Assembly (NCBI GenBank): GCA_049325215.1
Contig: JBMOMB010000045.1
Location: 8,158 to 72,157, forward strand
DNA: 64,000 bases
Source: Acidobacteriota bacterium
Lineage (GTDB): Bacteria; Acidobacteriota; Terriglobia; Bryobacterales; Bryobacteraceae
Direction: 5' to 3'
Shown here: piece by piece, positions 49,598-62,743 of the stretch
Layout of the letters: every line of letters begins with the position of its first letter
Position numbering within the stretch: the first letter of the stretch is position 1
Notes under the pieces: generated by a model
Told to the model about the DNA's origin: nothing
What the model saw: only the letters and a program-made list of their open reading frames with translations
Database searches by the model: none
Translations under genes and position numbers: made by a program

Positions 49598-51253
49598 ATG
49601 AACCCACTGGAACGGCTCAAGGAGATTGCAAGCGCGCTCGGCCTGGCAGGAGGGGACTCGGCGGAGGTCTGGTTCGATGCATCCAACCCGGTGTGCCGGG
49701 ATGCGGAGAGGCTGTTGAGGGCCGGCCGCGCGGCGGAGGCGGAGGAGCTCTTCAACCGGGTCCTGATCGAACCGCGGCATGCCGCTGCGGCCAAGAGGCA
49801 GATGCCGCGGATCCTGCTGGCGCTCGCCACCGCGCAGATACGCCAGCAGAAATGGGACGCCGCCGATAACAGCGCGGCGCGCGCCTGGGCGATCCTGAGC
49901 GAGCTCCGCTACCGGACGACACCCGAGTACGCCGAGTGTTGCCGCCTGCGCGCCGAGGCGGCCAAAGGGCGGGGCGCGATGGAAGACGCGCTGCGGTTCT
50001 TCCGGGAAGCGCTGGCGGCTGTGGAGAGCCAGAAACATCCCAGGCCGGCCGAGATCATCCGGTGCCGCATCGAGATCGCCGCGATGCAGCGCGAAATGGG
50101 CCGGTGGGAGGAAGCCGAGGCGGTGGCCGCCGAGGGCGCCAGGCTCGCTGGTGAGAAGCTGAAAGGCTCCAGGGAAGAAGGTGACGCCCTGCTCGAATGG
50201 GCGCAATGCCTGGCTGGCTGCGGGCGGTTTGCGGAGGCGCGGGCCGCTGGGGAACAGGCGGCGGACATTCATCGCGCCGCCTGCGGGGACTCCTCAGGCG
50301 AAGTCGCCGCCGACTACGAAAAGCTGGGCTCGATCTGCCAGAAACAGCAGGACTACCCGGCGGCCGTCGCGTATCTGGAAAAGGCCCTGGGCGTCCGCGA
50401 GCGCCAGATTGGAGGAGATACCTCGGAGCTGGCGCTGTTGCTGGTGGCCCTGGCGGACCTGTACTCGTTGTTGGGGCGGCTGGCGCCGGCGCTGGAACTC
50501 CTGCAACAGGCAGTGGGCAAACTTGGCCCGTCCAAGGACAGCAACCTGGCTGGAGCGTTGGAGAAGTTGGGATCCATGTATGTCCGCACGGGCCGGTATG
50601 AGGACGCGGCTGACTGTTATCAGCGCGCGTTCGACTTCTGGTCGGGGGACCCGGACGCGTACGCGGACCGGATCAGCGCCAACCGCCAGGCTCTGGAAAA
50701 CTTGATCCCCTGGCTGCCCGATCCCGCGGAGAAGAAGAAGCCTGAAACGGCCGATTCGGGTGTTCAGGTGCTGCGCGAGCCGGGAGCGGTGCGTGGAGCG
50801 GACGGCGCGCCGGGCGCGGCGCACGCGGGTTTCGCTCAGGATTCCGGACGTAGCCCGGCATCCGGGGCGGCAAGGGTGGCAGGCCCGGGCAGCGTGGCAT
50901 CCGGCTTGAGAGCCGGCGGCGCCCGCTTGCCCCAGGCCGGGCAGGGCGCCGTGGGATCGCAACTGGCGGGCCGGCAGGGCGCGCTGCCTCCCGCCTGGCT
51001 GCCGGCGGCGGCGGGCGCCGATGCTGGCGCCGGAACTGGCGTGGCTCCTGCCACGGGTTCTTCATCGCGGATCGAAGGACATGGTCCGGGCGGAGCCCAA
51101 TCCGCCGAGGATTCCGGCAACCCGCCTGGAGCTTCCGGCGCCGGGCGGATGCGGGCGGCGCTGCTTGCTCTGAGCGAGTCCCTCTCGCTGGAGAGGGACG
51201 CCCACGGTTTCTGTGGCTGGGAAGACCTGCATTTCGACCAGATCCCCCGCTGA
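49598..51253 (+). CDS. TPR-repeat protein with long low-complexity C-terminal region
   Basis: I prefer the ATG at 49598 (GGGAGAAGG SD) over 49559. The product has TPR_12-like repeats (e.g. YEKLGSICQKQQDYPAAVAYLEKALGVRERQIG), then about 170 aa rich in Gly/Ala/Pro, ending HGFCGWEDLHFDQIPR. Confidence 0.75.
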   Translation: MNPLERLKEIASALGLAGGDSAEVWFDASNPVCRDAERLLRAGRAAEAEELFNRVLIEPRHAAAAKRQMPRILLALATAQIRQQKWDAADNSAARAWAILSELRYRTTPEYAECCRLRAEAAKGRGAMEDALRFFREALAAVESQKHPRPAEIIRCRIEIAAMQREMGRWEEAEAVAAEGARLAGEKLKGSREEGDALLEWAQCLAGCGRFAEARAAGEQAADIHRAACGDSSGEVAADYEKLGSICQKQQDYPAAVAYLEKALGVRERQIGGDTSELALLLVALADLYSLLGRLAPALELLQQAVGKLGPSKDSNLAGALEKLGSMYVRTGRYEDAADCYQRAFDFWSGDPDAYADRISANRQALENLIPWLPDPAEKKKPETADSGVQVLREPGAVRGADGAPGAAHAGFAQDSGRSPASGAARVAGPGSVASGLRAGGARLPQAGQGAVGSQLAGRQGALPPAWLPAAAGADAGAGTGVAPATGSSSRIEGHGPGGAQSAEDSGNPPGASGAGRMRAALLALSESLSLERDAHGFCGWEDLHFDQIPR

Positions 51254-51268
51254 TCCGGCCCGGGATTT

Positions 51269-54200
51269 TCAGGCGGCCCGGGGAAGCGCCGCCGCAGCCG
51301 GCATGCCGCGTCGCAGGCGGCGCAGCAGAACCTCGGCGAAATTCAGCACGAGCGCCAGCGCCAGCAGCCCGGGCCACAGCCGCAGCCGCGTGGGCAGCGA
51401 GCGCCCGCCGGGATCGAACACCTCGCCCGGCTGCGGCTGGAAGCGGCCGCCCGTAAACGCCGCGATCTGCCGCAACAAATCCGCATCCTCCCCGTAATCC
51501 GTCAATTCCGGCTCCGGCAGGTACAGCCCGATTTCAGGAAACGCGCGCGATTCCTCCAGCGGCCGCACCCGGAACAGCCCCCGCCGCGCACCTACCGGCA
51601 CAACAGCCTGGAACAGCCCCGAAGCCAGCTTCTCCGCCCGCGCCGTCCGCCGGAATCCATCGGGACCGAACACATACAGCGTCGGCGCGGCATCCGGCAG
51701 GGGGACCGCCTCCGAGTGCCGGTACTCCGCCACCAGCACCCCGCGCGCCTGGTCGTACGACAGCGTCGCCTGTCCGGGTTGCGCCTGAGGCAGCAGGTCG
51801 CGGAGCACGTTGGACCAGAACCGGTCAAACCCGTTCCAGCCGATCCACGCCTCCGCCCAGCGGGGCTTGGCATCGGAGGCGAACACGGCGGCGCGCCCCA
51901 GCCCGTACTGCCAGCGGATGAACAGCGGGTCGGGCCGGCCGGCGGCAGGCGCCTGCGCCGGGACCGCCAGCAGCGTCTCGGCGGTGGGCCTGGCAACGAA
52001 GCGCACATAGCCGCGCAGTTCCGGGATCGATTCCGGCTCGATGCCGGAAAGGATCTCCGCCGGACGCAGCACGCGCGGGCGGAACGGCCGCTCGATGGTG
52101 GTCGACCCGGTGTGCTCCATCACGTCTTTGATCAGGATCTGTTCGAGCCCCGCCGGGTCGGTGAGGAAGTAGGCCTTGCCCAGCGCGGCGGCGGCCACGC
52201 GCTCCAGGAATCCGCGGTTCACGTCCTGGCCGAGCCCCACCGTGGAAATCGTGATGCGGTTGAGCGCCGCGTCGCGGGCGACGTTCATCGATTCGCCCTC
52301 CTCGCTGATGCCGTCGGTGAGCAGCACGATGTGCTTGTAGACGCCCTGCGCCGGCAGCATGCGCTTGTACGCTTCCGCCAGGGCGGGCGCGATCTGCGTG
52401 CCCCCGTCGGCGACGATGCCGGCGATAAGCCGCTTGATCAGCGTCTTGTCCTCGGCCTTTCGCAGCGGCACGGCCCATTGATGGGTATTGTCAAAAATCA
52501 GAATGCCCACCTGATCGACGGGCTTGAGGTTCTCTACCACTCCAATGGCCGCCAGCCGGGCCAGCTCCATCTTGCGCCCTTCCATGGAAGAGGACTTGTC
52601 CACGATGAGGATGACGGAAGAGCCTTCCGGGCTGCGCGGAGGCGCGATGGAGGCCGGAAGCGTGCGGTGCAGCGGGTCTGATTCCGGCGCCTTCCTCTCC
52701 ACATGAACGTTGCGCTCCCCTCCGATCACCAGCAGTCCCCCGCCCTGCTGCACGAACCGCTCCAGCCGCTGTTTGGCCGGAAGAGGCAGCGCCTCGAAGT
52801 CGTAATTGTTCAGGATCAGCGCCTGGTAGCCGTCCAGCTCGCCCGCGGGCAATGCGCCCGTCACCGTGACGTCAAACTGGCCCGCGGCGAGCGTCGCCGT
52901 CAGGTTCCGCTCCATGCCCGCCGGATCCTGCGTGACGTAAAGCAGGCGGGCGCGGCGCACGGAAACAGCCTGCTCGAACGCCACTTCCCCGAGCGCCCCT
53001 GCGCGCAGGCGGAGCTGAAGATCGATGGCGCCGGGCGTGGAAACGGAGGCCCGCACGGTGAACTGGTTGACGCCCGGCTGCAAGTCCACCGCCGCGGTGC
53101 CGATCGACTTGCCCTCGGCGGAGATCTCAAGCTCGCCGCGCGAGGCTTCCGGCGAGGTGATGGAGAGGGCGACGGGGAAGCGTTCGCCGGTGAAAGCCAC
53201 CGAAGGCAGCCGCACGGATTCCAGACGCAGCCTGGGAGCGGGGCGTCCGGGCAGCAGGAACGTGTCGGCCGGAATGCCGAGCTCGCGGGCCTGCCACGCG
53301 GCGCGCAGGGCCCAGCCGGTGTTCTCGCGGCCGTCGGAGAGGAGCACGATGCGCGGCAGCAGGCCCGGAGGCGTGGAGGCGATGGCCTCGCGGAGAGCGG
53401 TCTCCAGATTCGTCGCGCGTCCCTGTTCGCCGCCGGTGTTCCGCAGGCGCCAGCCGGAAGAGGCCTCCTCCGGCGCAGGGAGGCGCACGCTGCGCGCGAA
53501 AGGCATGACGCGCACGAGGTGCCGGCCGCGGGCGGATTCGATGGAGGAGACGATCCGCGAGGCGCGCTCAAGGCTGCCGGCGGGGATGCTCGCGCTCGTA
53601 TCGGCCAAAACGGAAACAGCCAGTTTTGTTTCTTTCACCGGCAGGCCCGGCTGGAAGAGCGCGGCCAGAGCAGCGGCGAGCGCGGCCGCCTTGAGCGCCG
53701 CCGAAAGCCGCGAGAATGGCCTCTGGCGGAACAGCAGCCACTCGGCGGCCAGCAGCGCGCAACCGAGCATTACCAGCCATTGCCAGAGGTCGCGCGGGCC
53801 CCTGCCGGCGGCGGCGGCGCCGGCTCCGCGCGCGGTCTCCGGCGGCGCCTCCCACCGCGACGGCGCCAGGGCCGGCAGCGAGAGCGAGTAGACCCACTCC
53901 GCGCCGGGCGCATGGATGCGCAATTGCGCGGGTTCGGGCGCGAAACAGCGCAGCGTGCGGCCTTGGAGGGTGAAGGGCAGCGGGCGGCCGGAGTCATCGG
54001 TCACGGTCACGCGGCCGCGCGGCAGCGCTTCCGGCAGTTCTGCCGCGAGCGTTCCTGCGGGCGCCGCCAGAATCTCCCGCTGGTGCAGCGCCGCAGGAGC
54101 GAGCCAGCGGACGATGTTGGCGAACAGCAGCGGCGCGGCGACGTGATAACGCAGCGGGGCCGCTCCCGGGTGGAACCCCAGAATGACGGTCCGCGGCGCC

Positions 54201-55501
54201 GCGCCGCGGGCCAGGCCCACGGCGCCCTGCGCCGTGGAAATGATGACCGTGTCTTCGCGCCCCGGTGTCAGCACACGCGCGGCGCCGAGACGGACATCGG
54301 ACGAGCGGAGGTTTTCGGTGATCGGATGAGCCGCATTCCAGCCGCTGATCTGCGCCTCCGCCTGCCCCGGATGAATCAGCAGCGCGGGGCGCAGCGGCAG
54401 GCGCGAGGGGTGGAACGAATCGAGAATCACCAGGTCCGCCTGGACCGCCGGGTCGTACTGCGCCACCGGCAGAAAGCGCGCTTCCAGGCGCGGGTCGGAG
54501 GCCAGCAGCGGGCGCAGCGGGCCGGGGTCGGCGGAAAACACGGCCACCCGCACCACTGGCGGCGCGGGCAGTTCGAGCGTGGCGCGGTCATCGGCGGGCA
54601 GCGCGTCGCGAGGATCGATGCGAACCTCCACCCAGCCCGCCACGGGCGCGCGGAACTGGAACGAGGCCGTGGTTTCCCCGCGTGGAGGAAGCTGCAGCAC
54701 CTGGCTCGCCACCACCGAGCCGCCGAAGCCTGCCAGCAGCGGCACGGTGCGCGGCGTGCCTCCGTAATTGCGCACCTGCACCAGCGCCTCCACGCGCGCC
54801 GGTTCGGCCGCGAGGCGGCGGAGCAGGATCCGCGTCAGTCCGGCGTTGGGAGGCGGCGGCTCCGTGGCCAGCACCCGCAGATTGGGCGGCGGCGCGAGCT
54901 GTTCTCCGTCTGCTGCGTACAGCGGGCCCGCGTAGACGATCTCGCCCGGCCGCGCCGCATGCAGCCGCAGAGCCTGCGAAGCCAGTTCGAAAGCGGGCGC
55001 CAGCTCCAGAGCCGTCGAGGAGGCGCGCGATTCGCGGATGGCGCGCGCGGCTTCCTGGCGGTCTTCCGTGAACGGCGTCAGCGGCGTGGGCAGCGCATCG
55101 GCCCGGACCACCTGCACGCGGTCCTGCGGCGGCAGTCCGCGCAGCCACCGCAGCGCCTGCCGCCTGGCGTCCTGCTCGAGAGCGGGGATCTGCATCCAGG
55201 AAGAGGAATCGAGCAGCAGCACGTGCCACTGGCCCGTTTCCGGGCGCGGTCCGATGCGCGGCTGTGCGATGGCCAGCAACAGCAGGGCGAGCGCGAGCAG
55301 TTGCAGCAGCAGCGACAGAGGCTGGTCGATGCGGCGGCGGCGCTTCTGCTCCAGCGCCCGCTGCGCCTGCTGCCAGAAGCGCAGCGTGGGCACGCGCACC
55401 ATTTTCCGCGAGCGGATCAGCAGGTACAGCGCCACTGTGGCGGCCGAAGCCGCCGCCAGCAGGGTGAAGAATTCGAGCAGCGTGAGGTTGGCGAAAAACA
55501 C
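51269..55501 (-). CDS. Large fused BatA-N / VWA / GATase1-like membrane protein (Bat-type aerotolerance-operon-like)
   Basis: 1410-aa ORF with a BatA-like N-terminus (MFFANLTLLEFFTLLAAASAATVALYLLIRSRK..LRFW) and internal TM segments. VWA MIDAS-like motifs are present (LADTSAS, IVDKSSSMEG; a degenerate LLDSSSW). A class-I GATase-like module follows (YQALILNNYDFEALP...GGGLLVIGG). Confidence 0.85.
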   Translation of the reverse strand: MFFANLTLLEFFTLLAAASAATVALYLLIRSRKMVRVPTLRFWQQAQRALEQKRRRRIDQPLSLLLQLLALALLLLAIAQPRIGPRPETGQWHVLLLDSSSWMQIPALEQDARRQALRWLRGLPPQDRVQVVRADALPTPLTPFTEDRQEAARAIRESRASSTALELAPAFELASQALRLHAARPGEIVYAGPLYAADGEQLAPPPNLRVLATEPPPPNAGLTRILLRRLAAEPARVEALVQVRNYGGTPRTVPLLAGFGGSVVASQVLQLPPRGETTASFQFRAPVAGWVEVRIDPRDALPADDRATLELPAPPVVRVAVFSADPGPLRPLLASDPRLEARFLPVAQYDPAVQADLVILDSFHPSRLPLRPALLIHPGQAEAQISGWNAAHPITENLRSSDVRLGAARVLTPGREDTVIISTAQGAVGLARGAAPRTVILGFHPGAAPLRYHVAAPLLFANIVRWLAPAALHQREILAAPAGTLAAELPEALPRGRVTVTDDSGRPLPFTLQGRTLRCFAPEPAQLRIHAPGAEWVYSLSLPALAPSRWEAPPETARGAGAAAAGRGPRDLWQWLVMLGCALLAAEWLLFRQRPFSRLSAALKAAALAAALAALFQPGLPVKETKLAVSVLADTSASIPAGSLERASRIVSSIESARGRHLVRVMPFARSVRLPAPEEASSGWRLRNTGGEQGRATNLETALREAIASTPPGLLPRIVLLSDGRENTGWALRAAWQARELGIPADTFLLPGRPAPRLRLESVRLPSVAFTGERFPVALSITSPEASRGELEISAEGKSIGTAAVDLQPGVNQFTVRASVSTPGAIDLQLRLRAGALGEVAFEQAVSVRRARLLYVTQDPAGMERNLTATLAAGQFDVTVTGALPAGELDGYQALILNNYDFEALPLPAKQRLERFVQQGGGLLVIGGERNVHVERKAPESDPLHRTLPASIAPPRSPEGSSVILIVDKSSSMEGRKMELARLAAIGVVENLKPVDQVGILIFDNTHQWAVPLRKAEDKTLIKRLIAGIVADGGTQIAPALAEAYKRMLPAQGVYKHIVLLTDGISEEGESMNVARDAALNRITISTVGLGQDVNRGFLERVAAAALGKAYFLTDPAGLEQILIKDVMEHTGSTTIERPFRPRVLRPAEILSGIEPESIPELRGYVRFVARPTAETLLAVPAQAPAAGRPDPLFIRWQYGLGRAAVFASDAKPRWAEAWIGWNGFDRFWSNVLRDLLPQAQPGQATLSYDQARGVLVAEYRHSEAVPLPDAAPTLYVFGPDGFRRTARAEKLASGLFQAVVPVGARRGLFRVRPLEESRAFPEIGLYLPEPELTDYGEDADLLRQIAAFTGGRFQPQPGEVFDPGGRSLPTRLRLWPGLLALALVLNFAEVLLRRLRRGMPAAAALPRAA

Positions 55502-55504
55502 GGC

Positions 55505-56419
55505 TCAGGCCCCCCGCGCGGCGCGCTGCAACTCGGCCCCTGTGAGATCGAGCGCTTCGAAGATGGCTTCGTCGAGCGGTATGGAAGAGGAGAAAGCGGT
55601 GTAGCGGCCGCCGGCGCGCAGCACCAGATGTTCGATCGAAGAGGCGTAGTGGTCGAAGGCCTCCGTGTAGGCGCGGCAGGCTTCGGCGTCGAGCGAGAGC
55701 TGGAGCGCGGCGCCGGTTTCGGCGTCTTCCAGAGTGGTTTCGCCCGCCAGCGAGGGCGCCCGCTCGCTCTCTGAGTAGACATGCACGGCCAGCAGTTCGT
55801 GGCCGAAGTCGGCCAGATACTGGAGCGGCTTGAGCACGTCCGCTTCGTCGAGGAAGTCGGAGAGGATGACCAGGAGCCCCGGCTTGGGGTAGTTCGAGAT
55901 GAACTGCCGCGCGGCCTGAAGGAAATCGGAGCGGCCCGCGGGCTTCAGGCCGGCGAGGAAATCGTTGACGGGGCCGAAACGGTGGCGGCCGCCGCTTGCC
56001 ACCTGGGGATCGCCGAGCCGTTCGTGGAAGGGGATCAGGATCACCGTGTCGTGGCGCACCAGAGCGACGTAGGTGAGCGCCGCGGCGAGACGGCGCATGT
56101 AGAGGAACTTGTCCGGATCGCCGGCATCGGGGGAGACTGCCATGGAAGACGAGACGTCGACCAGCATGCGGATGGGCGTGCGCGGCTCGGTCTGGAACAT
56201 TTTCAGGAACAGCTTTTCCAGCCGCAGGTAGGCGCGCCAGTTGACGGCGCGCAGATCGTCGCCCTGATGGAAACGGCGGTGGTCGAGAAACTCAAGCCCC
56301 GGACCCGAGTAGCGCGAAAGGTTGCGGCCGCCCACGAGGCCCCGGAAGGACTTGTGCCAGCGCAGCGTGAGGCGCTCCAGTCGTTCCAGCAGGCGGCGGT
56401 CGAGGAGCGGTTCGGCCAT
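55505..56419 (-). CDS. DUF58 domain protein
   Basis: 304-aa ORF with the typical DUF58 core (HRRFHQGDDLRAVNWRAYLRLEKLFLKMFQTE). It has 3-nt gaps to both neighbours. Confidence 0.9.
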   Translation of the reverse strand: MAEPLLDRRLLERLERLTLRWHKSFRGLVGGRNLSRYSGPGLEFLDHRRFHQGDDLRAVNWRAYLRLEKLFLKMFQTEPRTPIRMLVDVSSSMAVSPDAGDPDKFLYMRRLAAALTYVALVRHDTVILIPFHERLGDPQVASGGRHRFGPVNDFLAGLKPAGRSDFLQAARQFISNYPKPGLLVILSDFLDEADVLKPLQYLADFGHELLAVHVYSESERAPSLAGETTLEDAETGAALQLSLDAEACRAYTEAFDHYASSIEHLVLRAGGRYTAFSSSIPLDEAIFEALDLTGAELQRAARGA

Positions 56420-56422
56420 GGA

Positions 56423-57427
<1,005 letters not shown>

Positions 57428-57469
57428 GGGTTGCTTCTCTCCTTGAATGCGTCCGGCGGCCCTGGTCCG

Positions 57470-59568
<2,099 letters not shown>

Positions 59569-59618
59569 GGCGCGCGCTTCTGAGCGTGCAGGCGTGGGAA
59601 CAGACCCGGGAGCAGGCA

Positions 59619-60452
59619 ATGCAGGTTCTGGTGTCGGCCCTGATCATGAGTTCCGCCGCTGTCATGATGATTGCCGGCGGCGGGGAGCAATCTGCGCAAG
59701 GGGGCCAGTCGATCCGCATCTCCGGGCCGGAGGACCGGGCGGTGCGTCCGGCGCCGTCTCAATATTTCACCGGGCAGGCCCGGGTGGAGATGCTGTTCGA
59801 TGCGCAGGCGCCGGCGCGCGCCTCCTGCGGGCGGGTGACGTTCCAGCCCGGTGCGCGCACGGCGTGGCACACGCACCCGTTGGGCCAGACCCTCATCGTG
59901 ACCGAAGGCGTGGGACGCGTGCAGGAGTGGGGCGGCCCGGCGCGGGAGATCCGCTCCGGCGACGTGGTGCGCATCGCGCCGGGCGTGAAGCACTGGCACG
60001 GTGCAGCGCCCGATTCCCCGATGACGCACCTCGCGATTCAGGAACAACTCGACGGCCGCACGGTCGAGTGGATGGAAAAGGTGAGCGATGAACAGTACGC
60101 CGGGGCGCCCGGCGGACCCGGGGCTGGCGCGGCCGGCCCGCGGCCACGTCCGTCGCAGGGGGCTATCGGCAACTTCGCTCCAAAGCTGGCCCGGATCACC
60201 GACGACGTTCTGTATGGCGACATCTGGGAGCGTCCGGAGCTGTCGAAGCGTGATCGGAGCCTGGCTACCGTGGCAGCGCTCATGGCACTGAACCGCCCCG
60301 ACCAGCTCCGCTCCCACCTTCGCATCGCGCGCCAGAACGGCGTGACGCAGCAGGAGTTGATCGAGACCATCACGCACCTCGCGTTTTACGCGGGCTGGCC
60401 GGGCGCGGTGACTGCCGTCGCCATTGCCCGGGAGGTCTTCGGGGAGAAATGA
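59619..60452 (+). CDS. Cupin domain fused to a carboxymuconolactone decarboxylase (CMD/AhpD-like) domain
   Basis: The track ORF 59394..60452 is trimmed to the ATG at 59619 (GGGAGCAGG SD). It has a signal-like N-terminus and a cupin core ([24 protein letters not shown]...GVKHWHGA). After a Gly/Pro/Ala linker comes a CMD domain ([23 protein letters not shown]...[10 protein letters not shown]). Confidence 0.8.
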   Translation: MQVLVSALIMSSAAVMMIAGGGEQSAQGGQSIRISGPEDRAVRPAPSQYFTGQARVEMLFDAQAPARASCGRVTFQPGARTAWHTHPLGQTLIVTEGVGRVQEWGGPAREIRSGDVVRIAPGVKHWHGAAPDSPMTHLAIQEQLDGRTVEWMEKVSDEQYAGAPGGPGAGAAGPRPRPSQGAIGNFAPKLARITDDVLYGDIWERPELSKRDRSLATVAALMALNRPDQLRSHLRIARQNGVTQQELIETITHLAFYAGWPGAVTAVAIAREVFGEK

Positions 60453-61558
60453 GAACACGGCGGAGCGATACGGGAAGAACGATGCAAACAAAATTGACCG
60501 CGCTTGTGTTTGCCGCAACCGCCTTGCTGGTTCCAGCCTGCGGCCAGGCGGCCGGAAAAGGCGGCCCGAAACCGCTGATGATCCAGGAGCAGGGCAGCTT
60601 CGCCGTGGGCGGCAAGGTGATCACGAATCCGGGCGCCTTCAATCCCAGACAGCCCGCGCCGGAGGGCCAGACGCTGCATGGCGACCACGCGTACGTCTTC
60701 TACCAGATCCCCGTGAACCGGCGGAAGTATCCGCTCGTCTTCCTGCACGGCGCGGGGCAGTTCTCGAAAACCTGGGAGACCACCCCCGACGGCCGCGAGG
60801 GATTCCAGAACATTTTTCTGCGCCGGCGTTTTCCCGTCTACCTGATCGATCAGCCGCGCCGGGGACGCGCGGGCCGCAGCACCGTTTCCGCGAAGGTCGA
60901 CGCCGTCCCCGATGAGCAGATGTGGTTCAACGTCTTCCGGATCGGGATCTGTCCCGAGTACTTCTCCGGCGTCCAGTTTTCGAGAGATCCGGAGGCCCTC
61001 AACCAGTACTTCCTCCAGATGACGCCGAATGTGGGGCCGTACGATCCGGAGGTGATCTCAGACGCCTGTGCGGCGCTGTTCAACAAGATTGGCCCGGCTG
61101 TGTTCGTCACGCACTCGCAGGGCGGAGGACTGGGATGGCTGACTGCGATCAAGAGCCCGAACGTGCGCGCCATCGTCTCCTACGAGCCCGGCAGCGGCTT
61201 CGTCTTTCCGGAAGGCGAGGTTCCGGCGCCGCTGCCCAGCAGCGGCGGAACGCTTACGGCGATCGGCGTCCCGAAGGCGGAATTCCTGAAGCTCACCCGG
61301 ATTCCCATCGTCATCTATTACGGCGATTTCATTCCTGACAAGCCCAGCGAGTACCCCGGCCAGGACGGCTGGCGCGTGCGGCTGGAGATGGCCAGGAAGT
61401 GGCGCGATGCTGTGAACCGCTACGGGGGCGACGTGACGGTCGTGCATCTGCCGGAAATCGGCATCCGCGGAAACACCCACTTCCCCTTTTCCGATCTCAA
61501 CAACGTGCAGATCGCGGATCTGATGTCCAGGTTCCTGGCGCAGAAAAGGCTGGACTGA
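60449..61558 (+). CDS. Secreted alpha/beta hydrolase
   Basis: 369-aa ORF whose ATGA overlaps the upstream stop. An ATG at 60482 is an alternative start. It has a signal peptide ([17 protein letters not shown]) and a nucleophile elbow (THSQGG). Confidence 0.85.
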   Translation: MRTRRSDTGRTMQTKLTALVFAATALLVPACGQAAGKGGPKPLMIQEQGSFAVGGKVITNPGAFNPRQPAPEGQTLHGDHAYVFYQIPVNRRKYPLVFLHGAGQFSKTWETTPDGREGFQNIFLRRRFPVYLIDQPRRGRAGRSTVSAKVDAVPDEQMWFNVFRIGICPEYFSGVQFSRDPEALNQYFLQMTPNVGPYDPEVISDACAALFNKIGPAVFVTHSQGGGLGWLTAIKSPNVRAIVSYEPGSGFVFPEGEVPAPLPSSGGTLTAIGVPKAEFLKLTRIPIVIYYGDFIPDKPSEYPGQDGWRVRLEMARKWRDAVNRYGGDVTVVHLPEIGIRGNTHFPFSDLNNVQIADLMSRFLAQKRLD

Positions 61559-61573
61559 ATCGCGTGCCGCCGA

Positions 61574-62029
61574 TTGGGGCAGCCCGGAATGAACAGGGAA
61601 CTCAAGGCCCGCAACAGGAGGATGTTCCCCGGAATGTCTGCACAGACGTTCTCGGGCGCGGTATTCGAGAACGCCGTGGCAGCGCCCTCGGCGGCCGGCC
61701 CGCTCAGGGAACCGGCCGTCATCGGCTACCGCAACACGAAGGGAGTGGCCGTCGAACGAGCCACCTGCCCTGCGGGAAACCTGGGCACGGCCATTCTGGC
61801 GAATCTCGTCAAGCCCGCGGATTTCGACGCGGACCGGAAGTACGCAGCGATCGTGGTAACGCATCCGTCTCGTCAGACATCCTCAGGTCGATGCCGCCCG
61901 AATCGGCCCGCTCGGCATCTGCGCCGGCGGCGGCTGTGCTCTGGGCAACGCCGCCAACGGGATGCGCGGAAAGCGCGCCTGGACGTCATGAAACTGGCCA
62001 CCAGATCAGAAATACAGGCCGATCCCTGA
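61574..62029 (+). pseudogene. Decayed alpha/beta (dienelactone-hydrolase-like) hydrolase remnant
   Basis: One frame reads ...RKYAAIVVTHP (to 61867). A different frame (61878..61991) reads HPQVDAARIGPLGICAGGGCALGNAANGMRGKRAWTS*, with a G-x-C-x-G elbow. A third shift restores DARKARLDV.... Only about 11 codons separate the oxyanion strand from the elbow, and the C-terminal catalytic half is missing. Confidence 0.5.
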
Positions 62030-62032
62030 AAT

Positions 62033-62587
62033 GTGGAGGCCCGCAATGTGTTCGAGAGCCGTCCGGAACAGACGGCCATGAACAGCGCAGGAGGTGAACC
62101 GTTGACACTGCACAGCACCAGAAGGACGCTCCTGCGGTCTGCCGCGGCCCTACTCTTCGCCCTGCCGCTCGCCGCTGCCCAGCCGCGGCGCGTCACGCCC
62201 TTCACGGGCCAGTGGCAATATGACGCAGCAAGATCGGAGTTCCACCCCGGCCCGCCATTCCGCAGCTTCGTGCTCACGTTCACGGAGGACGGCACGCGCC
62301 ATCTCGATCTCACATTCGCCGATGGGCGCCGTTTGCGGGCCCAATTGCCGTGGTCGGACGGAAAAGAAGTGTCCGTTCGCGTCTTCGAGGGCTCGATGGG
62401 AGACGTGCGGGCCGTCTCGAGAATCCGCGGTCGGACTTTCCGGGACACCTGGACAGAGAACGGCAAAGCAATCGAGCACGTGCGCGGCCGGCTGAGCCGG
62501 GACGGCAACACGCTCACGGTGGACGTGCGGGGCCCTTTGCCCGGCGGCGGCGAGTTCCGCAACCGGGTCGTGTTCGACAGGAGGTGA
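62033..62587 (+). CDS. Small Tat-exported beta-rich (lipocalin-like) hypothetical protein
   Basis: 184-aa ORF with a GTG start; an ATG at 62078 is an alternative. It has a twin-arginine motif (STRRTLLRSAAALLFALPLAAAQ), followed by alternating beta-strand-like sequence. Confidence 0.65.
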   Translation: MEARNVFESRPEQTAMNSAGGEPLTLHSTRRTLLRSAAALLFALPLAAAQPRRVTPFTGQWQYDAARSEFHPGPPFRSFVLTFTEDGTRHLDLTFADGRRLRAQLPWSDGKEVSVRVFEGSMGDVRAVSRIRGRTFRDTWTENGKAIEHVRGRLSRDGNTLTVDVRGPLPGGGEFRNRVVFDRR

Positions 62588-62743
62588 GCAGGGCCCGCCT
62601 GCGGGGCATCGCGCGGCGCCGCCGATGAATTCAGCGCGGACCGGCCAACGCTCCCGCGCAAATCTTTCTTAGCACTTTGTACTAATACACCAGTCCAATT
62701 GTATGCAGAAGCTTTTGTCTGGTAGTTTTGGGCGTTATTGCTT

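Noticed and set aside
52703-55774. 1023-aa ORF antisense to the BatA/VWA gene and DUF58
   Set aside because: Same GC artefact. Its composition is dominated by R/G/A/Q, and the opposite strand carries recognisable domains (BatA_N, VWA, DUF58).
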